Positions 1 through 9,712 of a DNA stretch of 64,000 bases are shown here, piece after piece. Numbering within the stretch: the first letter of the stretch is position 1; the number at the start of each line of letters is the position of its first letter. The notes below the pieces were generated by a model, which did no database searches, was not told the DNA's origin, and was given only the letters and a program-made list of their open reading frames with translations. Source of the DNA: a virus; IMG/VR virus record IMGVR_UViG_3300045988_180644; one strand, written 5' to 3'. A program made the position numbers and the translations under genes.

Positions 1-238
1 TGCTAATATTCCTCTTAGTTTTATTTTCAAAATCATTGAGCTCTAAGCTAGAAATAAAGAAATAGCATCCTTCATGTATATCCATATATTCCATAGAAAG
101 AATCTCACTCTTAGTCATAAGGCCATAATAATCAATCGAAATTCTTCCTCCATACATATCAGCTAATGTATTTAAAACCTTATCAAAATCATTGCTATAC
201 TTCATTACTTTTTTATCTACAACCAAGAAATAACCCAT
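1..238 (-). CDS. hypothetical protein (partial; start at 238, 3' end beyond window edge)
   Basis: Minus-strand ORF read by hand: ATG at 238 (MGYFLVVDKK...) preceded by GGAGGATACAGAT; runs past position 1. Confidence 0.5.
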   Translation of the reverse strand, partial: MGYFLVVDKKVMKYSNDFDKVLNTLADMYGGRISIDYYGLMTKSEILSMEYMDIHEGCYFFISSLELNDFENKTKRNIS

Positions 239-264
239 ATCTGTATCCTCCTTCTCTTTTTTCC

Positions 265-450
265 TTATGAACATAACAATGCTATCACAATTGTTATTCC
301 TCCCAGCAATAAACATACTAGCCAATAATCTCTAAAAAACTGTTGAGAACCATTCACCTCCTGATGAGGTGTTGGATGACCGTAACGTTTACATCTTATC
401 TCATATAAGGGACAATACTCACAATCTTCTACATGTGTATTATCTCTCAT
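265..450 (-). CDS. small Cys-containing hypothetical protein
   Basis: 61 aa ORF, CEYCPLYEIRC motif; co-oriented with island genes. Confidence 0.4.
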   Translation of the reverse strand: MRDNTHVEDCEYCPLYEIRCKRYGHPTPHQEVNGSQQFFRDYWLVCLLLGGITIVIALLCS

Positions 451-453
451 AAC

Positions 454-828
454 TTATTTTGACTCCTCTTCTTCCAAAATCCTTTCAACAATCTTTACAA
501 CCTCTTCAACTTTTGGAACATATTTTCTATCCCAACTTGTCAATTTCTTATTCTTTTGACATCTTTGAAGATACTTTTTCATGTCCTCTAAAGTGAGACT
601 GCAAGAGCCAAATGTAGCAATCATTATCTCTTTGTAAGCATCTGTCTTATACGCTTTTAAAGTATTTTCATTAACAAAAGGCTGATGGCTGGCCAATTGA
701 CAAAATGGAACATATCCAGGAATAGCATCATATCCAATATTCCAAATCAAGTAATTCTGTGGCCATTTATCAACGAGTTCAAAACGATGATGCATATCAT
801 CTTCTATATAAATTCTTTTCTCTTCCAT
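454..828 (-). CDS. hypothetical protein
   Basis: 124 aa ORF, tight spacing with neighbours. Confidence 0.6.
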   Translation of the reverse strand: MEEKRIYIEDDMHHRFELVDKWPQNYLIWNIGYDAIPGYVPFCQLASHQPFVNENTLKAYKTDAYKEIMIATFGSCSLTLEDMKKYLQRCQKNKKLTSWDRKYVPKVEEVVKIVERILEEEESK

Positions 829-829
829 A

Positions 830-1120
830 CTATTCTCCTTTTTTTAAATATTCTTTCAACCAATTTCTTATGTCACCAATATAGACATATATATTGCTAT
901 GGTAACTACAATGATATTGAGGACATGTTTCAAAAAGCTTATCTGTTAAGAATTTGAACATGTCACTACCACCGAAATAGTCTATGTTAATGAGCAAATG
1001 ACTTTTATAATACAATATTGGAATAGCTAAATTATCATTATTTTCGACTTTCAACATATCCATAATCTCATTTAATATATTTACATCTTCCATAGTGTTT
1101 TCTCCTTTTCTTATTCCCAC
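830..1120 (-). CDS. hypothetical protein
   Basis: 96 aa ORF, abuts upstream gene. Confidence 0.55.
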   Translation of the reverse strand: MGIRKGENTMEDVNILNEIMDMLKVENNDNLAIPILYYKSHLLINIDYFGGSDMFKFLTDKLFETCPQYHCSYHSNIYVYIGDIRNWLKEYLKKGE

Positions 1121-1365
1121 TTTTCTTTTGGAATCATCTGTACAACTCCTTGCAATATTTCAAGCAACAACCATTGTCGATACCCTTCATCATCTTCGAA
1201 TAATGGTATATGCAATTCAATATGTCCACTATCAGGTGAGATGGATAGATAAGCTTCCTCTCCTAGTGTTTCTTCATCAGCCAAATAATTATCAACTAAA
1301 TAACACTTCTGACCAAATTGAATGCTGTTGTCTCGCATATAGTCTTTTATGTAATTATGATACAT
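1111..1365 (-). CDS. hypothetical protein
   Basis: 84 aa ORF overlapping next gene by 10 nt. Confidence 0.55.
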   Translation of the reverse strand: MYHNYIKDYMRDNSIQFGQKCYLVDNYLADEETLGEEAYLSISPDSGHIELHIPLFEDDEGYRQWLLLEILQGVVQMIPKEKWE

Positions 1366-1377
1366 ATAAACCTCCTA

Positions 1378-1884
1378 TCATCCAGCCAGACATCTTGCCC
1401 AAACCTCACCCAATACTTCACAGGCCTCTCTATCCCATAGGATATATTCCTCTTGTGAAGTGAGGTAAGATGTATTGAGAAAGTCCTTATTTAAAGAGGC
1501 AAGATATGCAAGACTCATGCTGGGAATGAATCTCCCATCAACCTTTTCATAATCTATTTTTGTATCCTTTAAGAAGCTGACAGGAATCTCTAAGGCTTCA
1601 TCTGACATACCTTCACATGAGTAATCCTTGAATTCCTCAATCAGTGATTCATCAATGTCAATAGAGAATAAAAAGAGATGGGGAGATTGTGAATGATTTA
1701 ACGCAGCTGTTATCTGAGCGTTTTGAATAGCCAATTCTTTCAAATACTCTTCATCTTCTTCAAAAGAATAATAGAAATAGATACAATCATCCATAGAGGT
1801 ATGCCATGTATGATTTTTTGGATTGAAACCTTCTTCTAAAATTTTCTTTCCAAATTCATAACTTGTTCCATGATAAATACGCAT
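1378..1884 (-). CDS. hypothetical protein
   Basis: 168 aa ORF. Confidence 0.6.
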   Translation of the reverse strand: MRIYHGTSYEFGKKILEEGFNPKNHTWHTSMDDCIYFYYSFEEDEEYLKELAIQNAQITAALNHSQSPHLFLFSIDIDESLIEEFKDYSCEGMSDEALEIPVSFLKDTKIDYEKVDGRFIPSMSLAYLASLNKDFLNTSYLTSQEEYILWDREACEVLGEVWARCLAG

Positions 1885-1899
1885 AATTTCACTCCTTTC

Positions 1900-2112
1900 C
1901 TATTCATTTCCCATCAAAAGGACATATAATTCCTTTGATGTATCACCTTTTTCATGCATTTTCAAGGCTTCTTCAATGATGACAATACGTGTCATAATGG
2001 TAATTGTCGTACCAAAGATGAGTTCCATCTGTCTTAGGGACTTCAACTCCTCTTGAGCTTTTCTTATAGCCTCATTCCAATCTAAAGTCATGATATTTTC
2101 AGTACATTCCAT
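1900..2112 (-). CDS. hypothetical protein
   Basis: 70 aa ORF; ATG at 2112 preceded by GAAAGGAAGG RBS, directly downstream of leader cassette a. Confidence 0.55.
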   Translation of the reverse strand: MECTENIMTLDWNEAIRKAQEELKSLRQMELIFGTTITIMTRIVIIEEALKMHEKGDTSKELYVLLMGNE

Positions 2113-2132
2113 AGTTTATCCTTCCTTTCTCC

Positions 2133-2201
2133 AACAAAAAAAGACATGCGTGTTGCATGTCTCTTTGCTCGTTTATATTGTACATATATATTTTAGCATA
2201 T
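2133..2201 (-). promoter_or_regulatory. leader cassette a: conserved promoter-like block + hairpin + U-tract before RBS of 1900..2112
   Basis: minus strand TATGCTAAAATATATATGTACAATATAAACGAGCAAAG-AGACATGC/GCATGTCT-TTTTTTT. Confidence 0.6.
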
Positions 2202-2399
2202 TTGCAATAGATGAGGGGAGTATGAATGATGAACTTTTGAAATGGAGCGCTCCAACACACGATTGGAACGCAAATGAAACGCAATATATGCAAAATAGGT
2301 ATAATCTTAGGTGCTCTATACTGTTTTTTATATATTTATATATGAATATGTGTTCATATGTGGTATTAAGCAGACTATACTACAGGTATACGTAAAGCT

Positions 2400-3420
2400 A
2401 TAGTGGACATTAAGTATAGTATATATAAATATTTAGTGTAGTATTACTAAACATTAGTATAAAAAATATATAAAAAAAGTATATCTAAGATAAGATATAC
2501 CATGTTTTACTCTATTTTAGGATATAATTATCCTTAAACCAATATAAACTTTATATAAGAGATAATGGTTTTGTGGTTGTTTTTTTATTTGACCCCTGGA
2601 AGTGGATGCTATACCCCCTACAGATTAGACACTAAAAAAATAGTGCTTCTGTAGGAGGTATATAGTTGACAGACCCGTATAGCCTCAACCAGTGGTGTTA
2701 CCGCGTGAATTAAACACAACATATATTTCCTGCTCATCTGAGCTAACGTCTAACAGTCGATTGGCCTACGTTATAGAAATATATCCCTCTTGAACTCTTA
2801 TCTGTCACCAGATAATGAAAGCATTATGCCCGTTTCTCGTTCATGAAACTTATTGACTGTATCCATCCGTGGGATATTCTTTTGCATCATTAGGAGTTCC
2901 CACTTCTCCTTCAGCCTTAGCACTACGCACACCACAGCGTAGGTAACCGGCGTAGACATTTTTGCTCTCTCGAACAGTCGGCTCTACACACCGCTCAACG
3001 GTTTTCCTTTTTTCGAGTAAAACCTAACAAAAACTCTATTCCTCCTTGTTTTCTTAGAATCATGAAAAGTGGTTTTAAAAACGTATCCATGAGGTTTACC
3101 AATTCACCAGTCGCAGTCTCTTACTCCCCAACATCACTTTTCAGCTTATTTGAGGCTTATGGAAATAGGAAGGGTCGGAAAATAGATATTCAATTGTCCG
3201 TTATCATAGATTGATGCCTCTATCATAAGGTTACTGTTTCTTTTTTGAATAATCTACCCTCCGGCCACATTGCCATTATATATTAGAAACAAAAAATGAC
3301 TTCTCACGAAGCCAAGAAAGTACAAGAAATATAAGTTATAGAATTGTGTACTCTCCTTTCTTCTTCGTCTATATTATATCATATTTTCCTAAATTAGGCA
3401 ACAAATCATTTCGTTTTATC
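2400..3420. ncRNA. ORF-free, GC-elevated ~1 kb block: candidate large structured RNA
   Basis: no ORF >60 aa on either strand across ~1 kb in an otherwise gene-dense island; GC visibly higher than flanks. Confidence 0.3.
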
Positions 3421-3457
3421 CAAAATAAAAAGGGTCCTTAGACCCTCTGCTACTATA

Positions 3458-3715
3458 TTACATAGATTCGTGGAATGTACGAGAAATAACATCATCTTGT
3501 TGTTCTTTTGTTAATTTAACAAAGTTAACAGCATATCCAGAAACACGAATAGTTAATTGAGGATATTTTTCAGGATGTTTTTGAGCATCAATTAATGTAT
3601 CTCTGTTTAAAACATTAACATTTAAATGATGTCCTCCTTTTGTAGCATAAGCATCTAACATTCCAACTAAATTTTCAACTTGTTGTTCACTTGCAAGCAT
3701 ATTAAGCACCTCCAT
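3458..3715 (-). CDS. grcA: autonomous glycyl radical cofactor (GrcA/YfiD-like, PFL C-terminal glycyl-radical domain)
   Basis: [55 protein letters not shown] is near-identical to GrcA/pyruvate formate-lyase C-terminus, including the RVSGY glycyl radical motif; no PFL N-terminal body upstream. Confidence 0.85.
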   Translation of the reverse strand: MEVLNMLASEQQVENLVGMLDAYATKGGHHLNVNVLNRDTLIDAQKHPEKYPQLTIRVSGYAVNFVKLTKEQQDDVISRTFHESM

Positions 3716-3771
3716 AGATTTTACTATTGTAGTATATCATATACTACAAAGAAAGAAGATTGATATGCTCA

Positions 3772-4443
3772 TCAATCTTCTCGTATAGCTTTCTCAGTTT
3801 CAATATCTTCCAAAATCCTTTCCACAATCTTTTCAGCTACTTTCTCAGGTTCTTGGTCTCCATCTATAGTTTCTCTAATCTTCTTACCATCAACATCAGT
3901 AAAATAAAGAGCATCGTAACTCTTCTGAATTTCCCTATGGAATGAGATATCCATCTCATCGAACTTGTTAGTATTACGGTGGTTTTTGGCGATTCTTTCA
4001 AGTCCAACTGACACATCAGAGAGCTGAAGATAAAAGGTTTTAGAAAGTTCTGGTGGGAAGATGAATCCAAACAAATCCTTCATAACTTCTTCAACCCACT
4101 CTCCTTTTGCTATTGAATATCTATATCCCTGATAGACAAGCGTACTATCCACATATCTATCACAAAGCACAATATAGCCTTTTTCAAGATAAGGTTTGAT
4201 AGATTTTTGATAGTTTTCATTTCTTATAGATAACATCAACAATAATTCCGTCGTTTTATCTATATCGCTATATTGGGGATTGAATATGATATTTCTGATA
4301 TCTTCACAGACTTCAAGCCCTCCCGGTTCACGGATGATGACGGATGGTATGTTGAGGATGTCTAGGTGTTGTTTAACAAGCTGGATAGCTGTACTTTTCC
4401 CACATCCTTCTGTTCCTTCTAATGCGTAAATTCTTCCTTTCAT
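3772..4443 (-). CDS. tmk: thymidylate kinase
   Basis: P-loop YALEGTEGCGKST, DR(Y) motif; start moved to internal ATG (MKGRIYALEG) with GGAGG RBS; tracker start at 4482 lies inside leader cassette. Confidence 0.85.
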   Translation of the reverse strand: MKGRIYALEGTEGCGKSTAIQLVKQHLDILNIPSVIIREPGGLEVCEDIRNIIFNPQYSDIDKTTELLLMLSIRNENYQKSIKPYLEKGYIVLCDRYVDSTLVYQGYRYSIAKGEWVEEVMKDLFGFIFPPELSKTFYLQLSDVSVGLERIAKNHRNTNKFDEMDISFHREIQKSYDALYFTDVDGKKIRETIDGDQEPEKVAEKIVERILEDIETEKAIRED

Positions 4444-4456
4444 TTGTTTACCTCCT

Positions 4457-4522
4457 AACAAAAAAGACGTGGACTTACCCACATCTCAATTCGTATATTT
4501 ATCTATTACTATTTTATCATAT
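4457..4522 (-). promoter_or_regulatory. leader cassette b (before tmk)
   Basis: TATGATAAAATAGTAATAGATAAATATACGAATTGAG + hairpin ATGTGGG/CCACGTCT + T6. Confidence 0.6.
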
Positions 4523-4585
4523 TTTCTTGCTTTCTTTGTTATAGGAAAAGGAATCATGTATCAATATTGTATTGATGACTATCCA

Positions 4586-4837
4586 TTATAATTCACCTTT
4601 TTTCTTTTTATCAATCAATGTGTCGAACTGTACACATAATAGGTATAAGGTATCTCCCGTCATGTCTTCAAGTTTATAATTGGAAATGCCGGTTTTTTCT
4701 TTGATATGTTGATAATTTTGTCCTCTTTTGTAAGGTATTTTTAAACTATCCATTTCCTTCATTAATTTTTTCGCTTCCTTGATTAATTCCTTTTTGGATG
4801 CTGATGCTATTGTTTCATAATATGTTATATCAATCAC
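4586..4837 (-). CDS. hypothetical protein
   Basis: 83 aa ORF. Confidence 0.55.
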   Translation of the reverse strand: MIDITYYETIASASKKELIKEAKKLMKEMDSLKIPYKRGQNYQHIKEKTGISNYKLEDMTGDTLYLLCVQFDTLIDKKKKGEL

Positions 4838-4838
4838 C

Positions 4839-5354
4839 TCATTTTTCTATGACTTTGAAGTCCTTACTGCCACATTTTTTACATGTTAGTATCTTCATTC
4901 CTTTTTCAACAGCTCCGACTGCTTGCGTATGTCTTTGAAGATAGCTTTTTGTGTGGCATTTTTGACATTCAATGATGTATTTATATTTCTTGTGCATATC
5001 ATCAGGAATTTGTGAGAGTCGTGAAATATGATAGTTTTTATATCTATTCATCTTCTGGGCATAAACTTTCCACATTCCTCCATGTCCAGCATAAACGCAA
5101 TCGGGTGCACTATGTATTAATTCATGACATATTGTATTTTTCATTAAATTTGCATCACCATAGTCTACCAATTCTTTAGATATGCCAATTTTATAGGCAA
5201 CGCGTTTGTTATCCTTCATCTGATAATAACATTTTCCTAAAGCTCTAGAATATCTTCCATTGATGAAGATTGGAACATCATGATTATAAGGAATCCCTAA
5301 TTCATCCATATCCTTTTTAACATCTTTTATTGCTATTTGAAATAGACTAACCAT
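4839..5354 (-). CDS. SprT-like zinc metalloprotease with C-terminal zinc ribbon
   Basis: HELIHS (HExxH) motif plus CxxC...CxxC (CQKCH...CKKCG). Confidence 0.7.
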   Translation of the reverse strand: MVSLFQIAIKDVKKDMDELGIPYNHDVPIFINGRYSRALGKCYYQMKDNKRVAYKIGISKELVDYGDANLMKNTICHELIHSAPDCVYAGHGGMWKVYAQKMNRYKNYHISRLSQIPDDMHKKYKYIIECQKCHTKSYLQRHTQAVGAVEKGMKILTCKKCGSKDFKVIEK

Positions 5355-5433
5355 TATTATTCCTCCTTTAAAAAAATATCCGTAATTTCTGAATTTTTAC
5401 GGATATTTTGTTTAACATTTCTATGATATTTGT

Positions 5434-5889
5434 TTAAATATTTAATTCTGCTTCACATTTTAGCGTCAAATCTAAATCAGGCTCATCAAAATATACCTGA
5501 CAATCTGTGATGACATCTTCTTTTGCCTTTTCAATATCTTCATCGTTCCATGGATATAACCCAATGACTGTGTCCGTTGAATTTTTGATAATGTTGATGA
5601 TTTTTACGATAGGATATAGCTGAAAAACCTCATCAATAGATAATTTATATAAATCTTTTTCTTCACCATTTTCTAAATCATATTCTGTCCAAGGATTTAA
5701 TGGTGTTTTACAGTGGCAATTGAATTCTATTCCATCTTTAGATGGATATGGCTCTCCAATATTGAATTCGCCTAAAACATCTAGAGTCAATTCAATTGTA
5801 TGTCCTTCTTCATTCTTGTATGTGAGTTGAATCCAATCTAACAAATATGCGATTCCTTGTTTGGTCTTGCCAGTTACACTCATTCTCAT
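5434..5889 (-). CDS. hypothetical protein
   Basis: 151 aa ORF. Confidence 0.6.
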   Translation of the reverse strand: MRMSVTGKTKQGIAYLLDWIQLTYKNEEGHTIELTLDVLGEFNIGEPYPSKDGIEFNCHCKTPLNPWTEYDLENGEEKDLYKLSIDEVFQLYPIVKIINIIKNSTDTVIGLYPWNDEDIEKAKEDVITDCQVYFDEPDLDLTLKCEAELNI

Positions 5890-5906
5890 ATGATTATTCC
5901 TCCTTT

Positions 5907-6233
5907 TTAACGTTGTAAATTTTGCTTTGCAATCTCATCATAATATTTCTTAATAGATTCATATTCAGTATCACCACAATCAGAAAATAGGTCTTCTAAT
6001 GTACTTTTTTCTATGTCATAACACATTTTCTCATTGCTTTTCATTTCCTGAATGATAGCATCATCATTATCGAAGTAATCTTCAACACATTCAATAGAAT
6101 TTTTACCATCCACAGCAATATCTAAATATCTGAATCTATCCATTTCATCACTTGTAAGTGTGATAACCTTGCCATCTCTCTTAATTTTAAAACCTTCTTC
6201 TACGAAAGATTCCATAGTGTTTAATTTTTCCAT
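5907..6233 (-). CDS. hypothetical protein
   Basis: ORF; start set to ATG (MEKLNTMESF) with AAAGGAG RBS rather than upstream TTG. Confidence 0.55.
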   Translation of the reverse strand: MEKLNTMESFVEEGFKIKRDGKVITLTSDEMDRFRYLDIAVDGKNSIECVEDYFDNDDAIIQEMKSNEKMCYDIEKSTLEDLFSDCGDTEYESIKKYYDEIAKQNLQR

Positions 6234-6246
6234 ATTATTGTCTCCT

Positions 6247-6450
6247 TTATATTTCTTTTTCAAAGACTACAAACATATAATCTCTATTTTTCTTATATGG
6301 TTCCTTATACAGAAGTTTCGAACCATGTTTCAATTCACTTTGTATAGTTTCTTCATACAAATCTATTCTAATTATTTTTGCCTCTTGAATAACATTACTA
6401 CCCATTCTCAATATAATTCCAGTTTTCCATAAATCTAATGCATCATTCAT
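6247..6450 (-). CDS. hypothetical protein
   Basis: start at ATG in ATGAATGA overlap with upstream stop, RBS AAAGGGA. Confidence 0.5.
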   Translation of the reverse strand: MNDALDLWKTGIILRMGSNVIQEAKIIRIDLYEETIQSELKHGSKLLYKEPYKKNRDYMFVVFEKEI

Positions 6451-6715
6451 TTGAATCGTCCCTTTCAAATACAATAAATAAATAATCTCCTGGACATAAA
6501 GTAACATATATAATCTTTGCCCCTGCTTCTAATTCCTTGTTAATCACCTCAGCACCAAAGTATGGTGTAAGCATAGCGTACTGCTTTGTTTGTTTTGGAA
6601 CTGTTGCATTTTTTGCAACTCTCTCGTTTTTTGCGACAGTTGGAAGATATTCAATCAAGTTATCTGCTAATTGCTGTCCTTTCACAGTATCCCAAAAACT
6701 ATTCTGATACATCAC
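6443..6715 (-). CDS. hypothetical protein
   Basis: 90 aa ORF, GGAGG RBS. Confidence 0.55.
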   Translation of the reverse strand: MMYQNSFWDTVKGQQLADNLIEYLPTVAKNERVAKNATVPKQTKQYAMLTPYFGAEVINKELEAGAKIIYVTLCPGDYLFIVFERDDSNE

Positions 6716-7283
6716 TCATTCCTCCTTCTTTTGGTTTCATGACCTGACAAATATTCCATTCAATCATATCGTCAGTATCATTATCAAAAATGATTTGTGC
6801 AAAACCATCTTCAATACAAGCCTCTCTTTCATCTGCAAAATCATCATTGTGAATTGCTTTTAACATATCTTTGTATTGACGCTTGATAAAATCATTTGCT
6901 TCCTTTCTTGTATTGAATTTGTATAGAGGTGAAGAGTTTTCAAAACTATAGTAAACACTGACATAAAAGCCTCGACTTTTCTCCACATTATTTGACGTAT
7001 CTTCTTTAAGTTCATTAAAAGTTGATAAAATATATTCTAAATATTCATGCAAGTTTCTGAGCATTGTTAATGCATATTCACCGTTTCTTTTTTCACTAAA
7101 GTAGGGTGAATTAAATTTTTCAGCTTCGTCTATAATTTCCTTAATCATACTACCCAAAACCTCATCAAAAGCCATTAAATTGTCATAGGCTAAGTTATCA
7201 TGATTTGTTTCACCATGAGCATGAATACTTCCAATCATTCTATTTAACATCTCAATAATAATTTTTTCATCTAAATGCATCAT
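6699..7283 (-). CDS. hypothetical protein
   Basis: 194 aa ORF. Confidence 0.6.
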   Translation of the reverse strand: MMHLDEKIIIEMLNRMIGSIHAHGETNHDNLAYDNLMAFDEVLGSMIKEIIDEAEKFNSPYFSEKRNGEYALTMLRNLHEYLEYILSTFNELKEDTSNNVEKSRGFYVSVYYSFENSSPLYKFNTRKEANDFIKRQYKDMLKAIHNDDFADEREACIEDGFAQIIFDNDTDDMIEWNICQVMKPKEGGMSDVSE

Positions 7284-7285
7284 TT

Positions 7286-7501
7286 TTACTTCTCTCCTTT
7301 ACATTTTTCATATTCAACTAAAATATCATTAGCTATTGCAACATTGTGACAATCAAAATATTTTTTACAGTCTTTTTCACACTCGTCAAGAGTTCGTGCA
7401 TAGGGACAGCCGCATATTTTAGTCATATCAATATCTTTTCCATCATCAATGACATACTCAAATTCTTTCATTTCTAAATCACCTTCTTCTTTTAATATCA
7501 A
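7286..7501 (-). CDS. small Cys-rich hypothetical protein
   Basis: 71 aa; CGCPYARTLDECEKDCKKYFDCH; true start may be internal MKEFEYV. Confidence 0.5.
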   Translation of the reverse strand: MILKEEGDLEMKEFEYVIDDGKDIDMTKICGCPYARTLDECEKDCKKYFDCHNVAIANDILVEYEKCKGEK

Positions 7502-7638
7502 TTGTCCATATGAGTCCTTTCAATCCTCTAGTCGCAGGACTATATTTTTTAGCAATATAAATGGGACCAATAATATGAAAAATGCCCCATTCCATTGTAT
7601 ACATTTTTTCAATTGTTTCTTCTTTTAATACAGCCAAA

Positions 7639-7866
7639 CTATATCACCTCAATGGCTTCAAGGATTTCCTTATTAAATCCCGTTTCTTCTGATGCTTCTA
7701 AAATCGCATCCTGTTCATCTGCTCCTTTGAATATTCCAACAAAGTGAGTGGGTGTAAAATCCCTCCAATGGAAATCATCATCATAAGGATTATCAAAATA
7801 ATCACCTGTGTATATCTGTGCATCTAAAATATAATATTTCTTGACCAGAATAATAAATGTTTTCAT
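7639..7866 (-). CDS. hypothetical protein
   Basis: 75 aa ORF. Confidence 0.5.
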   Translation of the reverse strand: MKTFIILVKKYYILDAQIYTGDYFDNPYDDDFHWRDFTPTHFVGIFKGADEQDAILEASEETGFNKEILEAIEVI

Positions 7867-7867
7867 G

Positions 7868-8320
7868 TTATAATTCCTCCTTGAATTCTTTTGTTTTCTG
7901 GATTTGTTCTAAAACATCAACGATTTCATTAAAATTTTTATCTGTTTGACTTGATAAAAAATGGATATATTGATTTATCAGATATAGCAGTTCAGCTTTA
8001 CCAAATTGTCCAATATATTTGACTTTATTGATGACTACCCATTTCCCGTTAATGTTTTCATTTTCGATTTCAGAAATAATAATTCTTTCATCTTCCTGCA
8101 ATTTCAAATCATGATTAATTTGTTCTTTACAACATTCACTTATTTCGATTATTTTTCTCACCGACGGTACATCTTTCTTTTCAGTTTCAACAAAGTTTTC
8201 CAGTAAATCTTCATATAGCTTTAAAATAAAGAGAAGTATCCCTTTTCCTGTTGTTTGCTCATGTTTGATTGTGATACCTTCTTGATTAAAAACTATCGTT
8301 CCTACATATTCCTTTTCCAT
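7868..8320 (-). CDS. hypothetical protein
   Basis: start moved to ATG (MEKEYVG) with GGAGAAAGGAGAG RBS; tracker start 8344 lies in leader hairpin. Confidence 0.6.
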   Translation of the reverse strand: MEKEYVGTIVFNQEGITIKHEQTTGKGILLFILKLYEDLLENFVETEKKDVPSVRKIIEISECCKEQINHDLKLQEDERIIISEIENENINGKWVVINKVKYIGQFGKAELLYLINQYIHFLSSQTDKNFNEIVDVLEQIQKTKEFKEEL

Positions 8321-8340
8321 TTTTCTCTCCTTTCTCCTAA

Positions 8341-8404
8341 ACAAAAAAGGTACGCCATGCGTACCTATCTCTCGTTTATGTTTTACATTATTATTTTACC
8401 ATAA
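8341..8404 (-). promoter_or_regulatory. leader cassette c (before 7868..8320)
   Basis: TATGGTAAAATAATAATGTAAAACATAAACGAGAGATA + GGTACGC/GCGTACC + T6. Confidence 0.6.
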
Positions 8405-8412
8405 TTTACTCT

Positions 8413-9051
8413 TTAATTCTCATTTGGTATAACGATAGATTGAATATTTCCTCCTACAACTCTAAATCTTTCGTCATATAGTTGATTTTCATAGTCAATT
8501 TCCTTTTTTACAGATTCCTTACATTTCTTTAAACCTTCTTTTAATCCTATAAACATATCATTGTACTCAAAATATTCTCTGGCATGATATTTATGTTCCT
8601 CTTCTCCCAGAAAAATAATATCTAACTCAAAAGGTTTTAAATTGTTTATGTAATGACCTCTGGCATGGAGAATATCTATGACAACAACATAATTATCTAT
8701 AACAAAAACTGTTGTATTATCCTTTTCTTCTCTATCACAAGTTATTTGCAACTTTTCAATATATTTTTCGACTATTTCTGACAACTTTTCAATATTGTTT
8801 ACATCCTTAAATAATCCTTTTATATAATCCCATATATCATAAAGCTGGTTATTATCATCATAGATTTGGTTAATTCCTGTACTAGCCACAACAAGCTTAT
8901 CATTAATTTTATATATCTTTTGGTAATTCCCATCTTTCAGTTCTCTGTTTGAGTATGTGCTATAAGAATCGGAGCATATAATAATTCCATTTTTATTTTT
9001 CAATATAACCATATAAGACATAAAATTTCTTCTCCTTTTTACTTTTTTCAT
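8413..9051 (-). CDS. HslV/proteasome-beta-like Ntn hydrolase paralog A (Ser instead of Thr at the nucleophile position)
   Basis: MSYMVILKNKNGIIICSDSYS...KLVVASTG aligns by eye to HslV N-terminus TTIVSVRRNGHVVIAGDG...KVIAGFAG; paralogous to 11803..12399; alternative start at 9021 (MSYM). Confidence 0.55.
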   Translation of the reverse strand: MKKVKRRRNFMSYMVILKNKNGIIICSDSYSTYSNRELKDGNYQKIYKINDKLVVASTGINQIYDDNNQLYDIWDYIKGLFKDVNNIEKLSEIVEKYIEKLQITCDREEKDNTTVFVIDNYVVVIDILHARGHYINNLKPFELDIIFLGEEEHKYHAREYFEYNDMFIGLKEGLKKCKESVKKEIDYENQLYDERFRVVGGNIQSIVIPNEN

Positions 9052-9107
9052 TAATTTCCTCCAGCATAATATTGCTAAGGATATTATAACATTTGATTTG
9101 GTATTAA

Positions 9108-9143
9108 TAAAAAGACTCTATGATGAGTCTTCTATCGTTTACC
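9108..9143 (-). terminator. variant hairpin/U-tract module at end of 9143..9712, followed by TGTTATAAT extended -10
   Basis: AAACGATAGAAGACTC-ATCATA-GAGTCTTTTT; conventional terminator-then-promoter order here. Confidence 0.5.
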
Positions 9144-9712
9144 TATTTTCTTGATGAATTTATTTGCTCTACAGCCAACTGAAATACCAATAAATAAATA
9201 TCTAAGATTCCTGTACTTCTTCTTCCAATCTTATGATAATCAGAATCGTCATGAAGAAGATTGTTTAATAGTTCTATTCCTCTCATACTTAGACCAGTTT
9301 GACTAGAATAATCAGTGAAAATGTCTCCAATGAGTTCTTCCATAGAATAATATCCATTAAGTCTATAATAATCCATAGACTGCTGAGATAATATTTCTAT
9401 AATATCTGCTTTAGCCGCATCCTTATCATAAGTATAAAGAGGTCGTGAACAGCATTTCACTTTCGATTCAAAATAATGCACATCATGACAATAATCTTTT
9501 AAGAAACTTGCATAAGTTAAGCCCGGATTATTAGACGCTATTAACTCTCCTAAATCACCAGTAATATGCAAGATATGTCGGTCTTCTTCAAATATAAATC
9601 TGATTTGATAGAATGATGAATCAGGTCTTTGAAAATCTAAGACTTTTATATTTCCAAAATCTTGAAAGGAAGCTACATGTTCTGCAAAGTTTTTCTTTTG
9701 GTTTTCTAACAT
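9143..9712 (-). CDS. hypothetical protein
   Basis: 189 aa ORF; 3' end overlaps a terminator-like hairpin. Confidence 0.6.
   Translation of the reverse strand: MLENQKKNFAEHVASFQDFGNIKVLDFQRPDSSFYQIRFIFEEDRHILHITGDLGELIASNNPGLTYASFLKDYCHDVHYFESKVKCCSRPLYTYDKDAAKADIIEILSQQSMDYYRLNGYYSMEELIGDIFTDYSSQTGLSMRGIELLNNLLHDDSDYHKIGRRSTGILDIYLLVFQLAVEQINSSRK

Noticed and set aside
2090-2395. ORFs 2090..2395 (+) and 2099..2293 (-)
   Set aside because: Overlap leader cassette a and the start of gene 1900..2112; no RBS; AT-rich junk translation.
3458-3715. grcA-like ORF as the 3' exon of an intron-split pyruvate formate-lyase or NrdD
   Set aside because: No PFL/NrdD N-terminal coding sequence anywhere upstream on the minus strand; tmk abuts it. 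The ORF has its own ATG and context, which fits a standalone GrcA-type protein.
3760-4070. ORFs 3760..3945 (+) and 3864..4070 (-) within tmk
   Set aside because: Alternate-frame or antisense ORFs inside a well-supported thymidylate kinase gene.
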